A stretch of DNA of 63,959 bases, the filler included, from Calcarisporiella thermophila CBS 279.70 (Eukaryota; Fungi; Calcarisporiellomycota), in assembly GCF_041956535.1 (NCBI RefSeq). It is 5 parts of 5 records of this genome, joined end to end, with 100 filler letters (N's around TTAATTAATTAA, not from the genome) between each part and the next. Parts side by side here need not be neighbours in the genome. Positions count along the whole stretch, not along the records: positions 62,330 to 63,959 come from NW_027192220.1; 4 more parts are not named here. One strand, given 5' to 3'. Made by a program: the position numbers and the translations under genes. Shown here piece by piece: positions 62,330 to 63,959 of this stretch. How positions within the stretch are numbered: position 1 is the stretch's first letter; each line of letters begins with the position of its first letter. A model generated the notes under the pieces. That model did no database searches. It was not told the DNA's origin and was given only the letters and a program-made list of their open reading frames with translations.

Positions 62330-63959
62330 AGAATTGGCTATCACATAGGCAACCAGCCGCTTATTGCTCTCTGCTCCTAAAACAACCACTACAGCCTCGG
62401 CTACCAAAGGATGTTCATGCAGACGCTCCTCAATCTCGCCAAGCTCGATTCGGAAACCGCGGATCTTGACTTGATGGTCATTGCGACCCAGATATACCAG
62501 GTTGCCATCAGGAAGATACCGAGCCAAATCTCCAGTCTTGTACATCCGTGCTTTAGTGTCTCCAGCAAAGGGATCTGGAAGGAATCTCTCAGCGGTCAGC
62601 TCTGGCCTGTTCAAATAGCCTCGTGCCACGCCAACGCCACCAATATACAGCTCTCCCATTGCTCCGAGAGGTACTGGATTGCCATGTGTGTCCAGAATAT
62701 AGATCCGCTTGTTGATTAGAGGACGACCAATTGGCACCAAGTTGTTTCGAATGTCTCTTGTGGATTTCCATGATGTTGCAGCCACGGTGGTCTCGGTAGG
62801 ACCATACTCGTTGATGATAGTACAGCTGGGAAGCATATCATGCATTCTTCGAACAAGCGTGGCTGAGATTGCTTCTCCTGCAATGATTAACGTTGTCGGT
62901 GTGCTCAGAGACGGCAAATCCTTGCATTCCTGAAGTACTGCGGGTGTTAGCACGACATGGGTAATTGAGTGCTTTTCAAGATACTCCCATAGTTGATACC
63001 GGTCAAATCGAGTACTATCCTGTAATAAATGAAGGCTCCCTCCAAGGCATAGGGTAGGGAATATCTCACACACACTTGAATCGAAGCTGAATGAAAAAAA
63101 CTGCGAGAGTCGAGAGCGAGAGTCGAGGCCAAGGGATACTTGGCGGGATTTGACCAGGTTTACGACACCGAAATGCTCGAGCATCACTCCTTTTGGCCTG
63201 CCGGTAGTTCCCGATGTATAAATGATGTACGCGAGATGGTGGGACGACAGGCTGGGAATATGAGGGTTGGCAGTTGGACCTCCTGGCAATGCATTTGGAT
63301 CTACAATGGCCAATTTTGACATGTCCGCTCCTTGAAGCGCTGCAGTACCACGCGTATCTGCCAGAACTACAGATGGAGATGCATCCGAAAGAATGTCAAG
63401 GAGACGCTCACTGGCATACGCAGGGTCAAGAGGCACGTAGGCACCCCCACTCTTCAGAATTGCCAATATTCCGATGATCAGTCCAAGCGAACGCTCGACA
63501 CAAATTCCTACGGGAGCGTCAGGCTGAACACCGAGCTTGATGAGATGATGTGCTAGGCGATTGGCGCATGCATTCAGTTCGGAATAGGTCAGGGACTGAT
63601 CCTCGTGCACGACAACAATGGCATCGGGCGTGCGTGCGACTTGCTGCTCAAAGAGGTGGTGGAGGCACAGGTCAGCTGGATAGTCCTCCTGAGTCATATT
63701 CCATGTCTGCAGAAGTAGTGTGCGCTCAGTAGGTGTCAAGAGATCAGTGGCACTGATGAGCTGATCCACATCAGCTGTCATTGCTCGTAACAACGCAGTC
63801 AAATAACCGACATGCCTTTCGATTGTTGAGCGATCAAACAGAGACGTGGCATAGCGTAGACTTCCTGCAATTCCTCCTTCCGACTCATAAAGCATGAGTT
63901 CAAGATCGAACTTGACTGACTCATAAAACAGACCATAGGGTGCTGCTTGTAGACCCTCT
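62330..63959 (-). CDS. Non-ribosomal peptide synthetase fragment (end of a C domain plus an adenylation domain), intronless
   Basis: VKFDLEL, YTSGTTGRPKG (A3), NEYGPTE, GELYIGGVGVARGYL, YKTGDL, QVKIRGFRIELGEIE; runs off the window and into the gap. Confidence 0.95.

Overview
AT-rich, intron-containing eukaryotic DNA, most consistent with an early-diverging fungus (Zoopagomycota or Mucoromycota; inference from gene content, GT-AG introns with CTAAC branch points, and a bacterial-type NRPS). It is a scaffold with four 100-bp N44-TTAATTAATTAA-N44 linkers and one 271-N gap. It has three compartments. (1) 1-27.8 kb is accessory: LINE/LTR relics, an NTF2-like gene, an ABCB/MDR transporter, a Crinkler-type NTPase+nuclease gene, a deleted Ty1/copia element, three tandem 7-TM GPCR-like genes and an NB-ARC-TPR NLR. 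(2) 28-48 kb is mostly housekeeping: NAP-family, SYS1, UBC6, NPR3, UBTD, GPATCH1, HTD2-like, a degenerate receptor-like pseudokinase, PAT1. (3) 49.8-62.2 kb holds four tRNA genes with retroelements upstream of them, followed by an intronless NRPS contig. Two candidate novel systems stand out. (a) A tRNA-gene-targeted retroelement community: several L1/Tx1-like LINE families and two tRNA-derived SINE families sit head-to-head about 65-70 nt upstream of tRNA genes and insert serially at the same site, while solo LTRs stack closer to the tRNA; the SINEs share 3' tails with partner LINEs. (b) An apparent in-frame fusion of a 7-TM GPCR-like receptor to a LaeA-like SAM-dependent methyltransferase, next to an unfused paralogue.
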